Below, in pieces: positions 38,905 through 49,400 of a stretch of 64,000 nt of DNA (position 1 is the stretch's first letter; the number at the start of each line of letters is the position of its first letter). The notes beneath the pieces are model-generated. The model did no database searches. It was not told the origin of the DNA and saw only the letters and a program-made list of their open reading frames with translations. This DNA comes from Cyanobacteria bacterium P01_F01_bin.150 (GTDB taxonomy: Bacteria > Cyanobacteriota > Cyanobacteriia > CAKZMO01). Made by a program: the position numbers and the translations under genes. The DNA is taken from contig JBCCYL010000001.1 of the NCBI GenBank assembly GCA_039189765.1, positions 125,020-189,019 of the forward strand, written 5' to 3'.

Positions 38905-39840
38905 ATTAATAAAATATTTTTTTAATAAATACAGCGAGTTAATGCCCTAAATTCTGCTACAAAAAACAGGTGATTCTGATAGCAAATACGAAAGGAAAAC
39001 GATTACAGAATGAGTGATGCTTCTTCACATAAAATTTATCAAACTAGCCCATATTGACCCAGGTCAGTGATGCTACTATGAACTCATGTTTACTTAGTGC
39101 AATTAGATATCAATAAGCTTTCGTAAATGCTACTGAGGCATTGGCGATCGCACCAATCTTGAGAATATGTCGCTGTCTTGAGCGACTAGTCAAAAGGGTC
39201 TAAAGGTATGTGCCCCTTGTAAGCAGTTTTGCCCCCATTAATTAACAGGAACTCATTTGATTCTCTAGTTCCTGTCGTATTCTACGTAGAGCCATTTATT
39301 TTAGTAGATACCGCCGGTTGAAACATGCGGCAACATGTCTCAACCAGCTCCCTATGTACTGGGGCGATATCCGCAACAGTATTGCTCACCACAAGAAACC
39401 AGGGTAACCAATCATGCCTATGCCAACTGTAGCATTGTTGACCGTTTCATTGACATCGGATGGTATTCGTAGTGAAGGTTGCGATCGCGCTTCTCCAAAA
39501 CCTTTAATTCCCAGCGTAGGCGACATGGTGTAGATTGTCTCCGGTTTAAATGAGCTTACTATCGTTTTCGCTGTGTTTGTATTTCCACAAGCTCTGACTT
39601 TGTATTCAATATTCGTAGTTTTCAATCCTTCCTTCTCCGATTGGAGAGAGAGACTAGAGGTTATTTTGCAGCCCATACATTAGAGGCCACTGCGTTTTAC
39701 CTAACAATTGATGGCTTTTGATGGTTTTGCCCTTAGCTTTGTCCTTAACCTTCCACAGCAACGTTGAAGGCAAAGCCCAGATCAACCGAGAGATGTTGTT
39801 GGCAGCTCAAATCGTTCCAATTATTTGAGGAATTTGTTTT

Positions 39841-42800
39841 ATGTACTCAGAATCAGTTAGTGGCGACATTACTAACAATCCCAATGATCCCCTGGCTTTG
39901 CCCCTTGAAGAGGGAGCCAATTCTCTCTCTGCAACAACTGGAAATGGTGACCAAGAATACGTTACTGTTACGGTCCCAGCGGGATTTGAGCTTGAGTCAC
40001 TGACCCTAAGCTCATTCTCTTCCGGCGGCGATTCAGCCTTTATTGGAGTTCAATCCGGGACTACTTTTACAGAGCCGCTGGAAGATGGTGCTAACGTTGG
40101 CAATATTTTAGGTTATGCCCTCTTTTCTGGGGGACAGGTTGGCACAAATATCCTCGACAACATCGGTAACGGAGCAGGGGCGATCGGGTTTGATGGTACT
40201 CTACCGGCTGGAGAGTACACCTTTGCCCTACAGCAGCTTAGTGGTCCTACTGATTACGAGCTAACCTTCAATGTTGCCGCTGTGGATGAGGGCGGTGACG
40301 GTGGCGATGGCGGTGACGGTGGTGATGGCGGCGATGGCGGCGATGGCGGCGGGGGCTTACCTGTAGTCAGCTATGAAGCAGTACCTGCTGTATTCTCAGA
40401 AGAGGCAGACAATAATTTAGTCGAATATAAGTTCTCAGTGGATGGTGAGCTTCCGGAAGGGGGGCTTGTTATTAAGTTCAAGTCATTTGGCAATAACGAC
40501 TTTATTGAATGGTCAAATCAGTTTGCAGCGGCCCCTGGTCCAGAACTCGTAAACCTAGAGTTTGCAGATTTTACGTTTAATCCAGAGACTGGACTACTAG
40601 ATGATTTTGATCTACTAATAACGGACACCGAAGCATCGTTTCAGATTTATCTGATTAATGACATCGTGGAAGAAGGCTCCCAGGTGTTTGACTTCCGCGT
40701 TGTCGAGGGAGAGGGCTACATCGTTGATCCAAATCAATCGCCTTTATTTACGATCAATGATGATAATGGTGGCCCTGGCGTTGGTCCCACCATCGGCCTG
40801 TCGGTATCTGAAACAAATCTGGCTGAGGCGGATAGCCTTACCGTTACCTTTGATGTGGATGGAGATATTCCACCCGAAGGGGTACAGGTGCTGGTTCAAA
40901 GCGACGTTGGTGGCTCCCTTGGTCAGTTTGATTTAGCAAATCTGAACAATATCACCACCACTGGGATTGAAGGATTACCTGAAGTGGGGGATGCAGGGGG
41001 CGGTAGCTTCTTTGCCACGCTTACGGCATCGACTGCCACCATTACCCTGGATGTCTTTGATGACATTGTGGCTGAGGACCCTTTAGACATTACTTTTACC
41101 CTGGCTAACGGTGAGGTTTACGAAGTGGACCCCGATGCCGCTAGCGCAACCCTAACGATTTCTGACCAGGAACAGCCCGCAGGTCCCACTGTAAGCCTAA
41201 GCGTAGACAACACTGATTTAGTAGAAGGGGGTGACCCAGTTACCCTCTCTATCGCTGTGGATGGAGCCATCCCTGACGGTGGGTTGCCAGTGCTCATTAA
41301 TGATGTCACCAGCGCTCAGTCAGGAGTCAGAAGTCTGACTGAATTTGACGTGGCGAATGTTATTACGGCTGGTCTTAGCGGCTTTCCTGAACCGGCGGAA
41401 GGAGACAGCGGTTTCTTTGTCACGGTTGTTGAGTCCTCAGCGACTATTACCCTTGGGGCTATTGATGAAGGCGCGGATGAGGATGAATCGCTGGAAAACT
41501 TTACCTTTGAGGTGATTGATGGTGAAGCCTATGAGGTGGATGCAGATGCCGGTAGCGTAACGGTTAGCATTACCGATGCTGCTGATGCTGGCGACGGTGG
41601 CTCTGGCGGTGGTGATGGCATAATGCGTCAAATTGTTGACGGTAACACAAGTATCTCCCTCGATTTGGATGCCTTGGGATTAACCCTAGTGTCTGAGGAT
41701 AGTAGCGGTACCCCCGCCGATGGCTTTGCCCTGGGGTTCGATATCCTGGATGACGAAACTACGTTTGAAATTGCCACAGATCCAGTTGCCTTTGACAGCG
41801 GCACAATCGAGCACTTTGGCTCCGTTACCCTGGGATTGGGGGATGCGGAAGTTACCATCGGAGATTTTTCCATTGGTTTTGATCCCGCGCGAGTATCCGA
41901 TACGGCCAGCGGCTTCTTTGTCTCCGATACCCTTGAGGACGATTTAGGGCTAGAGGTCTTGTTTGATCTGGGTAACCCAGCCATCAGTTTATCTGAGGAT
42001 CAAACCACGCTGGATGTGGGCGGAGATCTGCTCCTTTCTCCAGAACTTGCGTCAGCCCTAGGCTTAGAGGCTGGCATTGATGTGGGTGATGCCTTAGTCG
42101 AGAGTCTGGTCAGAGATCCAGCCGAGACTCCAGTGATATCCATCAGTTTTGTCCCTGCGTCTGAAATCGATCCAGATACGGGGGATACAGTCATTAACGA
42201 AGACGATGGCCGAGAGGTGGCACTGCGGCTATCCTATGATGCGGGTGTCATTCCTCCCGGTGGATATGCTGTTGCTTGGATTCTGGATGTAGACGATTTA
42301 TTTGCTGTTCCTGGCCTCTTTGATGGCAATCGTCCTGCTGGGTTCGAAGAGAATGCCTATCGACTTATTGAACCCCGTGATGACGAGAACGACCCCGGTG
42401 GCACTAAATTCGTGCTTGCACCCCGACAGCTAGAATCCGATCTGTTCTTCTCCATTTTTGACGACATTATTGAAGAAGAACCCATTACTTTAAATCTGGG
42501 CCTCCAGGCAGAAGAAGAGGGCTATGAACTCGGGACGTCGCTTGTAACGATCAGACTCCAAGATGGGCCTAGTGCAACCCCTGGTGAGGGACCAACCGTT
42601 GACCTCTCTGTCGATAGTACAGAAGTTGATGAAGGCGGTGAGTTTACGGTCAACTTTGATGTGGAGGGTGCGATTCCCGATGGTGGTCTCACTGTCTTTG
42701 TCGATGGGCCGCCTGCGGCGTTAAGTGAATTTAATATCTTTGGTGACGATGGGATTGACCCAGAAACAGATATAGTTGGACTCGCTGGCTTCCCCGAGGC

Positions 42801-45800
42801 GGATGGAGATGCAGGCGGATTCTTTGCAACCATCACCGAAAATCAGGCGTCAATCACTCTATCTGTGTTTGAGGATGGTCCTGGGGAAGGGGAAGAAACG
42901 CTCACCTTTGAGCTAGCCGATGGTGAATTGTATGAGGTCGCAAATTCATCGGTTGATCTCACCATCAATAGCGACACTCCAGAGGGAACCGCGATCGTTG
43001 GCATAACCCTAGAACCCACATTTGTATCTGAAGAAGACGAGGGTGCGTCCTTTACCGCAACGTTTACGGTTACGAATGCTGACATTCCTGCGGTGGAATT
43101 TGATGCGGATGGCAACTATGTTTCTGGTGGACTATCGGTTCTGGTTGATGGAGCAGATATTACGCCCATCTTTGATGAGATTACCGGCGGTCCGATTCTT
43201 GATGGACTTGCGATCGGGTCTTTCTTTGACCCCGATCAGCCTAATCTTATTGAATTTGTGCTGTTGCAGGAAGATTCCACGGGAACGCTCAACATCGTTA
43301 ATGATGTCATCGAAGAAGAGAATCAAGACTACACGTTCACAATCTTAAATGACGAAAACGATCTGCTTGGTTCTAACTATGTGGTCAATCCGGATACCGC
43401 CAGTGCGACGGTCACATTATCTGATGGTAATGGCGGGCCTGGGGTTGGTCCCACAGTCGGCATCACGGTAGACAAAGACACCGTGGCCGAAGGAGAGACC
43501 GTCACTCTTAACTTTACGGTCGATGGTGAGATTCCGGATGAGGGGCTTGAAGTCTTAGTTCAGAGTCCGACCCCTGGGGCGATCGGCGAATTTAGTATCT
43601 TTGACGCGGACGGCAACTTCCTAATTGAGACCACTGGCATGGCGGGTTTCCCCATCTCCGCTGATGGGATTGGCAGCAGCTTCTTGGCGACGATTACCGA
43701 GCCAACTGCCAGCATTACCCTCTCTGCGTTTGATGATGGTCCTGACGAAGGAGTAGAGTCCTTGACCTTTGACATTGTCAATGGTGAGGTTTACGAAGTA
43801 TCGGAAATTGAAGGCTCTGTTACCGTAGATATTGTTGATACGGTGTCTGCTCTTCCCACTGTTTCGATTTCTACACCAACTCCAGTGGTCAGTGAAGATA
43901 GCGATCCAACCTTGACCGTCGTCTTTACCGTCGATGGTGAGATTCCTGAGGGTGGCGTGCCCATTAGCATCGGTGGTGATCTAACCAGCCTGTTTGACCC
44001 TGAACTGCGACTACTGGTTCAGGCACCCTTTATCGTCGAACCAGAGACCGGTCTAATTCCCGTGGCCAACCGCGACCCCGAATTTGATATTGCCTTGACG
44101 GCTCCTGAGGTCAGCGTTAGCTTTGAGCTGTTTGACGATATCCTCGAAGAAGAGCCTCTATCCCTTGACTTTGAGCTGTTTGAAGGGGATGGCTACATTG
44201 TCGGCGATACCGTTGCCACGGTCACCCTGGTGGATGGCGATAGTGTGACGCCCGACAGTGGTCCCACCGTGAGCCTGTCGGTTGATGATTCTGACCTTGC
44301 GGAAGGGGATGAATTCACCGTTAACTTTGACGTTGATGGCGATATTCCTGAGGGGGGTCTCACCGTCTTTGTCGATGGACCCCCTGCGGCCATCAGCGAG
44401 TTCAATATCTTTGGTGATGACGGGATTGACCCGGCCACTGATTTAGCGGGTATCGAAGGCTTCCCCGTTGCAGATAATGATGCGGGTGGCTTCTTCGTTA
44501 CTCTAGTTGAAAATCAGGCATCTATTACCCTATCGGTGTTTGATGATGGACCCACTGAAGGACCGGAGTCGATCACCTTTGAGCTGATTGACGGTGAAGA
44601 GTACGAGGTCACGTCCGTTGTGACCCGCGAGTTTAGCTGGACGGGCCAAATTGCTGGATTTAGCGTCGAGGGTGACTTTAGCTACGATGCCAGCCAGACC
44701 TACGAAGCGGGTATTGTGCGGGAGCAGGATCTGCTGTCATTCAATGTGTCTTTCTTTGACCCGGATGGCAATCTGCTACGCACCTACGAAGACAACCAGG
44801 ATTTGAGTCAGTATCCGACGTTTAACTTTGCCTTTGACACCCAAACCCAAGAGATTTTGCAGGATGGCACCTGGAATGTGGATGACAACGTCGATTTAAC
44901 CAGAAACGGCTTTATGATCGGCGAGGGGAATCCGGATCTCAGAGGCGACATCGGCGTGCAGTCGGGACTTGCCTTCTGGTCACGCCCCGCAGATGACAAG
45001 CTACCACACCTGCATGTGGATGACTGGGATAACGAACTTGGCTTCCCCATTGGCTACAGCAGCCATGAAGATGTTTCGTTCCCCACCCAAACCATTGCTG
45101 AACTGATTGAGACGGGCAAAGTGGGTGAAACCTACCTTGAGTCTGCTCAAGCCAGACCAGAGGAACTGGGTGCTCCTGTCGAGGTCTCGGTATCCGGTAA
45201 CGGTTCGGGGGGCGTGGTTGAACTCACCATCAATGATGGCGGTGAGGATGCAGTGTTTGCAGCTGAGTCTGGCGTTACTAGCGTGTTCCTCGACTTTGTG
45301 CTGTTGGAGGAAGTTGCAGGACTGACCCTAGTTAGTGCGGATAGCGATGCAACTCCAGCAGAGCGACCTTCTTTCCTAGACCCATTCCAGGTTGGATTTG
45401 CGATCGCCGACACCACTGACTTCACCTATGCCCCCGCACCCTTTACACCCCTGGGTGGCACCATTGAGCACTCTGGCACCATTACCCTTGGCTTAGGCGG
45501 TGCTGAAGCAACCATTGGTGAATTCTCCATTGGCTTTGATCCAGCTCGGGCGTCTGACACTGCCAGCGGCTTCTTTGTCGCCGATACGCTGGATGACCCA
45601 CTGGGTCTAGAGGTGCTGTTTGATATCAGCGCTCCTGGAACTGTTATCACCTCCGGCGGCAGTCTGGAAATTAGTAACGCTGACCTGCTGCTTGCGCCTG
45701 AATTGGCTGGAGCGTTGGGACTGGCTGACTTGGCTGGAGCCGATGTGGGTGATGCCCAAATTGATGCAGTTGTTGCTCTTACTGATGCACCAGCGCTTAG

Positions 45801-46287
45801 CACTAGCATTGACTTCGAGGGTGATGCCCTAGAGGTTGGGGATGTGGTGACTGACCAGTTTGATGGTTTGACCGTTGCTGTTGAAGGTGAGTTGGAAGCG
45901 ATGATCTTTGATACGGCCAATCCAACCGGAGGCGATTACGACCTCCGCAGTGATGATCTGGGCAAGGTGTTGATTATCTCTGAGGACGGTGACTCTGCTA
46001 ATCCGGATGACAACCTCAGAGGCGGCACCCTAATGTTTGATTGGGACGGTGAGGTCAGCCTTGCCAGCATCGGTCTACTAGATATTGAGGAGTCCGGCGG
46101 TACCGTTACGCTCTATGGCGCAGATGACATGACGGTGTTGACCACTATTGATATTCCTGCGTTGGATGACAACAGCTATCAAAGCCTCAGTATTGGAGCT
46201 GATGCTGTCGGCAAGATGGATGTGTTGCTAGCAGGCAGTGGTGCCATCACCGAAATCATTGTGGGTGAGGATAGCGGCATCGCGTAA
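39841..46287 (+). CDS. Giant (2148 aa) family paralog: N-terminus begins inside a module that is internal in other paralogs; Calx-beta-like modules, two domain-X copies, WTGQIAGFSVEG domain, family C-terminal domain
   Basis: The start MYSESVSGDITNNPNDPL aligns with the internal GYDEA(T/V)SGDIS.(N/D)PS.P of genes 8705 and 28472. The (DGG)n linker is at aa ~150. The tail is ...AGSGAITEIIVGEDSGIA*. Confidence 0.85.
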   Translation: MYSESVSGDITNNPNDPLALPLEEGANSLSATTGNGDQEYVTVTVPAGFELESLTLSSFSSGGDSAFIGVQSGTTFTEPLEDGANVGNILGYALFSGGQVGTNILDNIGNGAGAIGFDGTLPAGEYTFALQQLSGPTDYELTFNVAAVDEGGDGGDGGDGGDGGDGGDGGGGLPVVSYEAVPAVFSEEADNNLVEYKFSVDGELPEGGLVIKFKSFGNNDFIEWSNQFAAAPGPELVNLEFADFTFNPETGLLDDFDLLITDTEASFQIYLINDIVEEGSQVFDFRVVEGEGYIVDPNQSPLFTINDDNGGPGVGPTIGLSVSETNLAEADSLTVTFDVDGDIPPEGVQVLVQSDVGGSLGQFDLANLNNITTTGIEGLPEVGDAGGGSFFATLTASTATITLDVFDDIVAEDPLDITFTLANGEVYEVDPDAASATLTISDQEQPAGPTVSLSVDNTDLVEGGDPVTLSIAVDGAIPDGGLPVLINDVTSAQSGVRSLTEFDVANVITAGLSGFPEPAEGDSGFFVTVVESSATITLGAIDEGADEDESLENFTFEVIDGEAYEVDADAGSVTVSITDAADAGDGGSGGGDGIMRQIVDGNTSISLDLDALGLTLVSEDSSGTPADGFALGFDILDDETTFEIATDPVAFDSGTIEHFGSVTLGLGDAEVTIGDFSIGFDPARVSDTASGFFVSDTLEDDLGLEVLFDLGNPAISLSEDQTTLDVGGDLLLSPELASALGLEAGIDVGDALVESLVRDPAETPVISISFVPASEIDPDTGDTVINEDDGREVALRLSYDAGVIPPGGYAVAWILDVDDLFAVPGLFDGNRPAGFEENAYRLIEPRDDENDPGGTKFVLAPRQLESDLFFSIFDDIIEEEPITLNLGLQAEEEGYELGTSLVTIRLQDGPSATPGEGPTVDLSVDSTEVDEGGEFTVNFDVEGAIPDGGLTVFVDGPPAALSEFNIFGDDGIDPETDIVGLAGFPEADGDAGGFFATITENQASITLSVFEDGPGEGEETLTFELADGELYEVANSSVDLTINSDTPEGTAIVGITLEPTFVSEEDEGASFTATFTVTNADIPAVEFDADGNYVSGGLSVLVDGADITPIFDEITGGPILDGLAIGSFFDPDQPNLIEFVLLQEDSTGTLNIVNDVIEEENQDYTFTILNDENDLLGSNYVVNPDTASATVTLSDGNGGPGVGPTVGITVDKDTVAEGETVTLNFTVDGEIPDEGLEVLVQSPTPGAIGEFSIFDADGNFLIETTGMAGFPISADGIGSSFLATITEPTASITLSAFDDGPDEGVESLTFDIVNGEVYEVSEIEGSVTVDIVDTVSALPTVSISTPTPVVSEDSDPTLTVVFTVDGEIPEGGVPISIGGDLTSLFDPELRLLVQAPFIVEPETGLIPVANRDPEFDIALTAPEVSVSFELFDDILEEEPLSLDFELFEGDGYIVGDTVATVTLVDGDSVTPDSGPTVSLSVDDSDLAEGDEFTVNFDVDGDIPEGGLTVFVDGPPAAISEFNIFGDDGIDPATDLAGIEGFPVADNDAGGFFVTLVENQASITLSVFDDGPTEGPESITFELIDGEEYEVTSVVTREFSWTGQIAGFSVEGDFSYDASQTYEAGIVREQDLLSFNVSFFDPDGNLLRTYEDNQDLSQYPTFNFAFDTQTQEILQDGTWNVDDNVDLTRNGFMIGEGNPDLRGDIGVQSGLAFWSRPADDKLPHLHVDDWDNELGFPIGYSSHEDVSFPTQTIAELIETGKVGETYLESAQARPEELGAPVEVSVSGNGSGGVVELTINDGGEDAVFAAESGVTSVFLDFVLLEEVAGLTLVSADSDATPAERPSFLDPFQVGFAIADTTDFTYAPAPFTPLGGTIEHSGTITLGLGGAEATIGEFSIGFDPARASDTASGFFVADTLDDPLGLEVLFDISAPGTVITSGGSLEISNADLLLAPELAGALGLADLAGADVGDAQIDAVVALTDAPALSTSIDFEGDALEVGDVVTDQFDGLTVAVEGELEAMIFDTANPTGGDYDLRSDDLGKVLIISEDGDSANPDDNLRGGTLMFDWDGEVSLASIGLLDIEESGGTVTLYGADDMTVLTTIDIPALDDNSYQSLSIGADAVGKMDVLLAGSGAITEIIVGEDSGIA

Positions 46288-46302
46288 AAAGCTTTCGATA
46301 AG

Positions 46303-46329
46303 AGCGGGGGGCTACCTCCCGCTTTTTTT
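46303..46329 (+). terminator. Rho-independent terminator after gene 39841
   Basis: AGCGGGGGG-CTAC-CTCCCGC followed by TTTTTTT. The same AAAAGCGGGAG/CTCCCGCTTTT design follows genes 46466 and 55391. Confidence 0.6.
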
Positions 46330-46363
46330 CGATGGGTTTCGTTCTAATGCGAAACAAAATTAA

Positions 46364-46414
46364 CGGTGATGTGGGAGCGACGCGCCCACATCATTCGATT
46401 AAAGTTGATACCCG
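46364..46414. repeat. Conserved palindromic intergenic element, copy 3, flanked by 9-bp direct repeat GAAACAAAA
   Basis: GAAACAAAA[TTAACGGTGATGTGGGAGCGACGCGCCCACATCATTCGATTAAAGTTGATACCCGC]GAAACAAAA. The stem is GATGTGGG/CCCACATC. Confidence 0.5.
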
Positions 46415-46465
46415 CGAAACAAAACTAATTGATGTTTCAACCATTAAAAATTGAGGAGATAGTGT

Positions 46466-49400
46466 ATGTATTCAGAATCAGTCAGCGGCGATATTACAAA
46501 CAATCCTAATGACCCCTTAGCCCTCCCTCTTGAAGAGGGGGCTAATTCCCTTTCTGCAACAACTGGAAATGGTGACCAAGAATACGTTACTGTTACGGTC
46601 CCAGCAGGATTTGAGCTTGAGTCATTGACCCTGAGTTCATTCTCTTCCGGCGGCGATTCAGCCTTTATTGGAGTTCAATCTGGGACTACTTTTACAGAGC
46701 CGCTGGAAGATGGTGCTAACGTTGGCAACATTTTGGGATATGCTCTCTTTTCTGGGGGCCAGGTTGGCACAAATATCCTCGACAATATCGGTAACGGAGC
46801 AGGGGCGATCGGGTTTGATGGTGCCCTATCCGCTGGAGACTACACCTTTGCCCTACAGCAGCTTAGTGGTCCCACCGACTACGAACTAAACTTCAACGTC
46901 GCTGCTGTTGAGGATGGCGGTGACGGTGGTGATGGCGGTGACGGTGGTGATGGCGGTGACGGCGGCGATGGCGGTGACGGCGGTGATGGCGGCGGTGGCC
47001 TACCCGTGGTCAGCTATGAAGCAGTACCTGCCGTCTTCTCAGAAGAGGCAGAGAATAATTTAGTCGAGTATAAGTTCACGGTGGATGGTGAACTTCCTGA
47101 AGGCGGCCTTGTCATTAAATTTAAGTCATTTGGCGACAACGACTTTATTGAATGGTCTAATCAGTTTGCAGGGGACCCTGCTCCAGAGCTTGTGAACCTA
47201 GAGTTTGCAGATTTTACCTTCAATCCAGAGACTGGACTGCTCGATGATTTTGACCTGTTGGTGACGGACACCGAAGCATCGTTTCAGATTTACCTGATTA
47301 ATGACATCGTGGAAGAAGGCTCCCAGGTCTTCGATTTTCGCGTTGTAGAGGGTGAGGGCTACATCGTTGATCCGAATCAATCGCCTCTATTTACGATCAA
47401 TGATGACAATGGTGGCCCTGGCATTGGCCCCACCATCGGTCTGTCAGTATCTGAAACGAATTTGGCTGAAGCGGATAGCCTTACCGTTACCTTTGACGTG
47501 GATGGAGATATTCCACCAGAAGGAGTACAGGTCCTGGTACAGAGTGATGTTGATGGCTCCCTTGGTCAGTTTGACCTGGCTGATCTGGGCAACATTACTA
47601 CCACAGGCATTGCAGGATTGCCTGAAGTCGGCGATGTATTGGGCCGTAGCTTCTTTGCCACGATTACAGAATCAACCGCGACCATCACTCTAAATGTCTT
47701 TGATGACATTATTGCTGAAGAACCCTTGGATATTACCTTTACGCTAGCCAATGGTGAAGTGTATGAGGTGGACCCAGATGCCGCGAGTACAACCCTAACA
47801 ATTTCTGACCAGGTTCAGCCCGCCGGTCCCACTGTAAGTCTAAGCGTGGATAACACCGATTTAGTGGAAGGCGGTGACCCGGTTACCCTCTCTATTTCTG
47901 TGGATGGAGCCATTCCTGACGGTGGGTTGCCGGTGCTAATCAATGATCTCGCCAGCGCTCAGTCTGGGGTAAGGAGTCTCACTGAGTTTGACGTGGCGAA
48001 TGTAACCACGACGGGTATTGATGGCTTTCCATCACCTGCTGAGGGGGACAGCGGCTTCTTTGTAACCGTAACTGACTCGAACGCCACGGTTACCCTAGCT
48101 GCGTTTGATGAGGGCGCGGATGAGGATGAAGCCTCAGAGATCTTTACCTTCGAGGTCGTTGATGGAGAAGCCTACGAGGTGGATGCGGACGCAGGCAGTG
48201 TGACGGTTAGTATTACTGATTCGTCCGACGCGGGTGGTGGAGATTTGCCTGTCCTGAGCTTTACCGCATCCACTGACACCCTTAGTGAAGCAGAAGGGAC
48301 AAGTCTGACGTTCAACTTCTCTGTTGAAGGTGCATTCCCGGATGAAGGCGTCGTTGTTCGCTTTGACGAAAACTTCTTTGATACGGGCGATCAGATTAAC
48401 TTCAATATTTTTGATTTGGAGAATCTGGAGTTCTTCGATTTTGAAGAAACCTCTCCTGGCCTCTTTACCGTTGACTATTTATTGTCTGCGCCCGAAGGCT
48501 CATTGACGACAGGCGTCTTTGATGACAACGTGGCGGAAGCTGAATTTATCTACAATCCCAGCATCTTACCCATCCCTGATGCCAACTACACCATTAATCC
48601 TGATGCGAGTTCCGTTAGCATCTCCATTGTGGATGGTGTGGATAGCACGGGTGGTCCAGTTATCAGTCTTGACATCACTCCTACCGATGTAGCAGAAGGC
48701 GATACCCTCACCCTCACCTTTACTGCAGAGGGCACCATTCCCGATGGCGGCGTTGAAATAAATGTCGATACCGGCGTTGGTGTTGCCTTGGGTGACTTTA
48801 TTAGCACTGATGAGAACGGTATTCCCAACATTACAGTCACTGGATTTGCGGGGCTACCTGCATCCAATGGTGCAGCCAGCGGCTTTAGTGCCTTTATGGT
48901 AGATAGCACTGCCACTATCACCCTTGATGTGGTGAATGATGGCTTTGGCGAAGGGACCGAGACGTTTGATGTCGCCCTGCTAGATGGAGAAAACTATGAT
49001 GTGGCATCCACTGATGCCATTTCTGTGAGCATTAGCGACGCCGATCCTTCCTTACCTGTAGTAGGTCTAGAGGTTTCTCCCACCGAGAAAACCGAAGCTG
49101 ATGATGGCCCTGAAATCACGCTTACCTTTACCGTTGAGGGTGAAATTCCCGCTGTGGAGCTTGATGCTGAAGGTGCGTATGTCTCCGGTGGATTGCCCAT
49201 TGAATTTGACGGTAGCGATGTAATTGCCATCTTTGAACAGATTACTGGGGGAGCTATTCCTGATGGCTTGGAGGTGACTCGTTTCCCGGCAGACGAGACC
49301 GACACTACCTATGAATTTACCCTGCTGCAAAACACCGCAACGGTTTCAGTGACGCTTCTAGATGATGTTATCCAAGAAGAGGCACAAAACTTCTCGTTTA

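Noticed and set aside
39386-39676. 96-aa minus-strand ORF in the 1.1-kb spacer before gene 39841
   Set aside because: It shows no similarity to anything in the locus, has odd composition and no RBS. The spacer more likely holds promoter or regulatory sequence, including copy 2 of the palindromic element.
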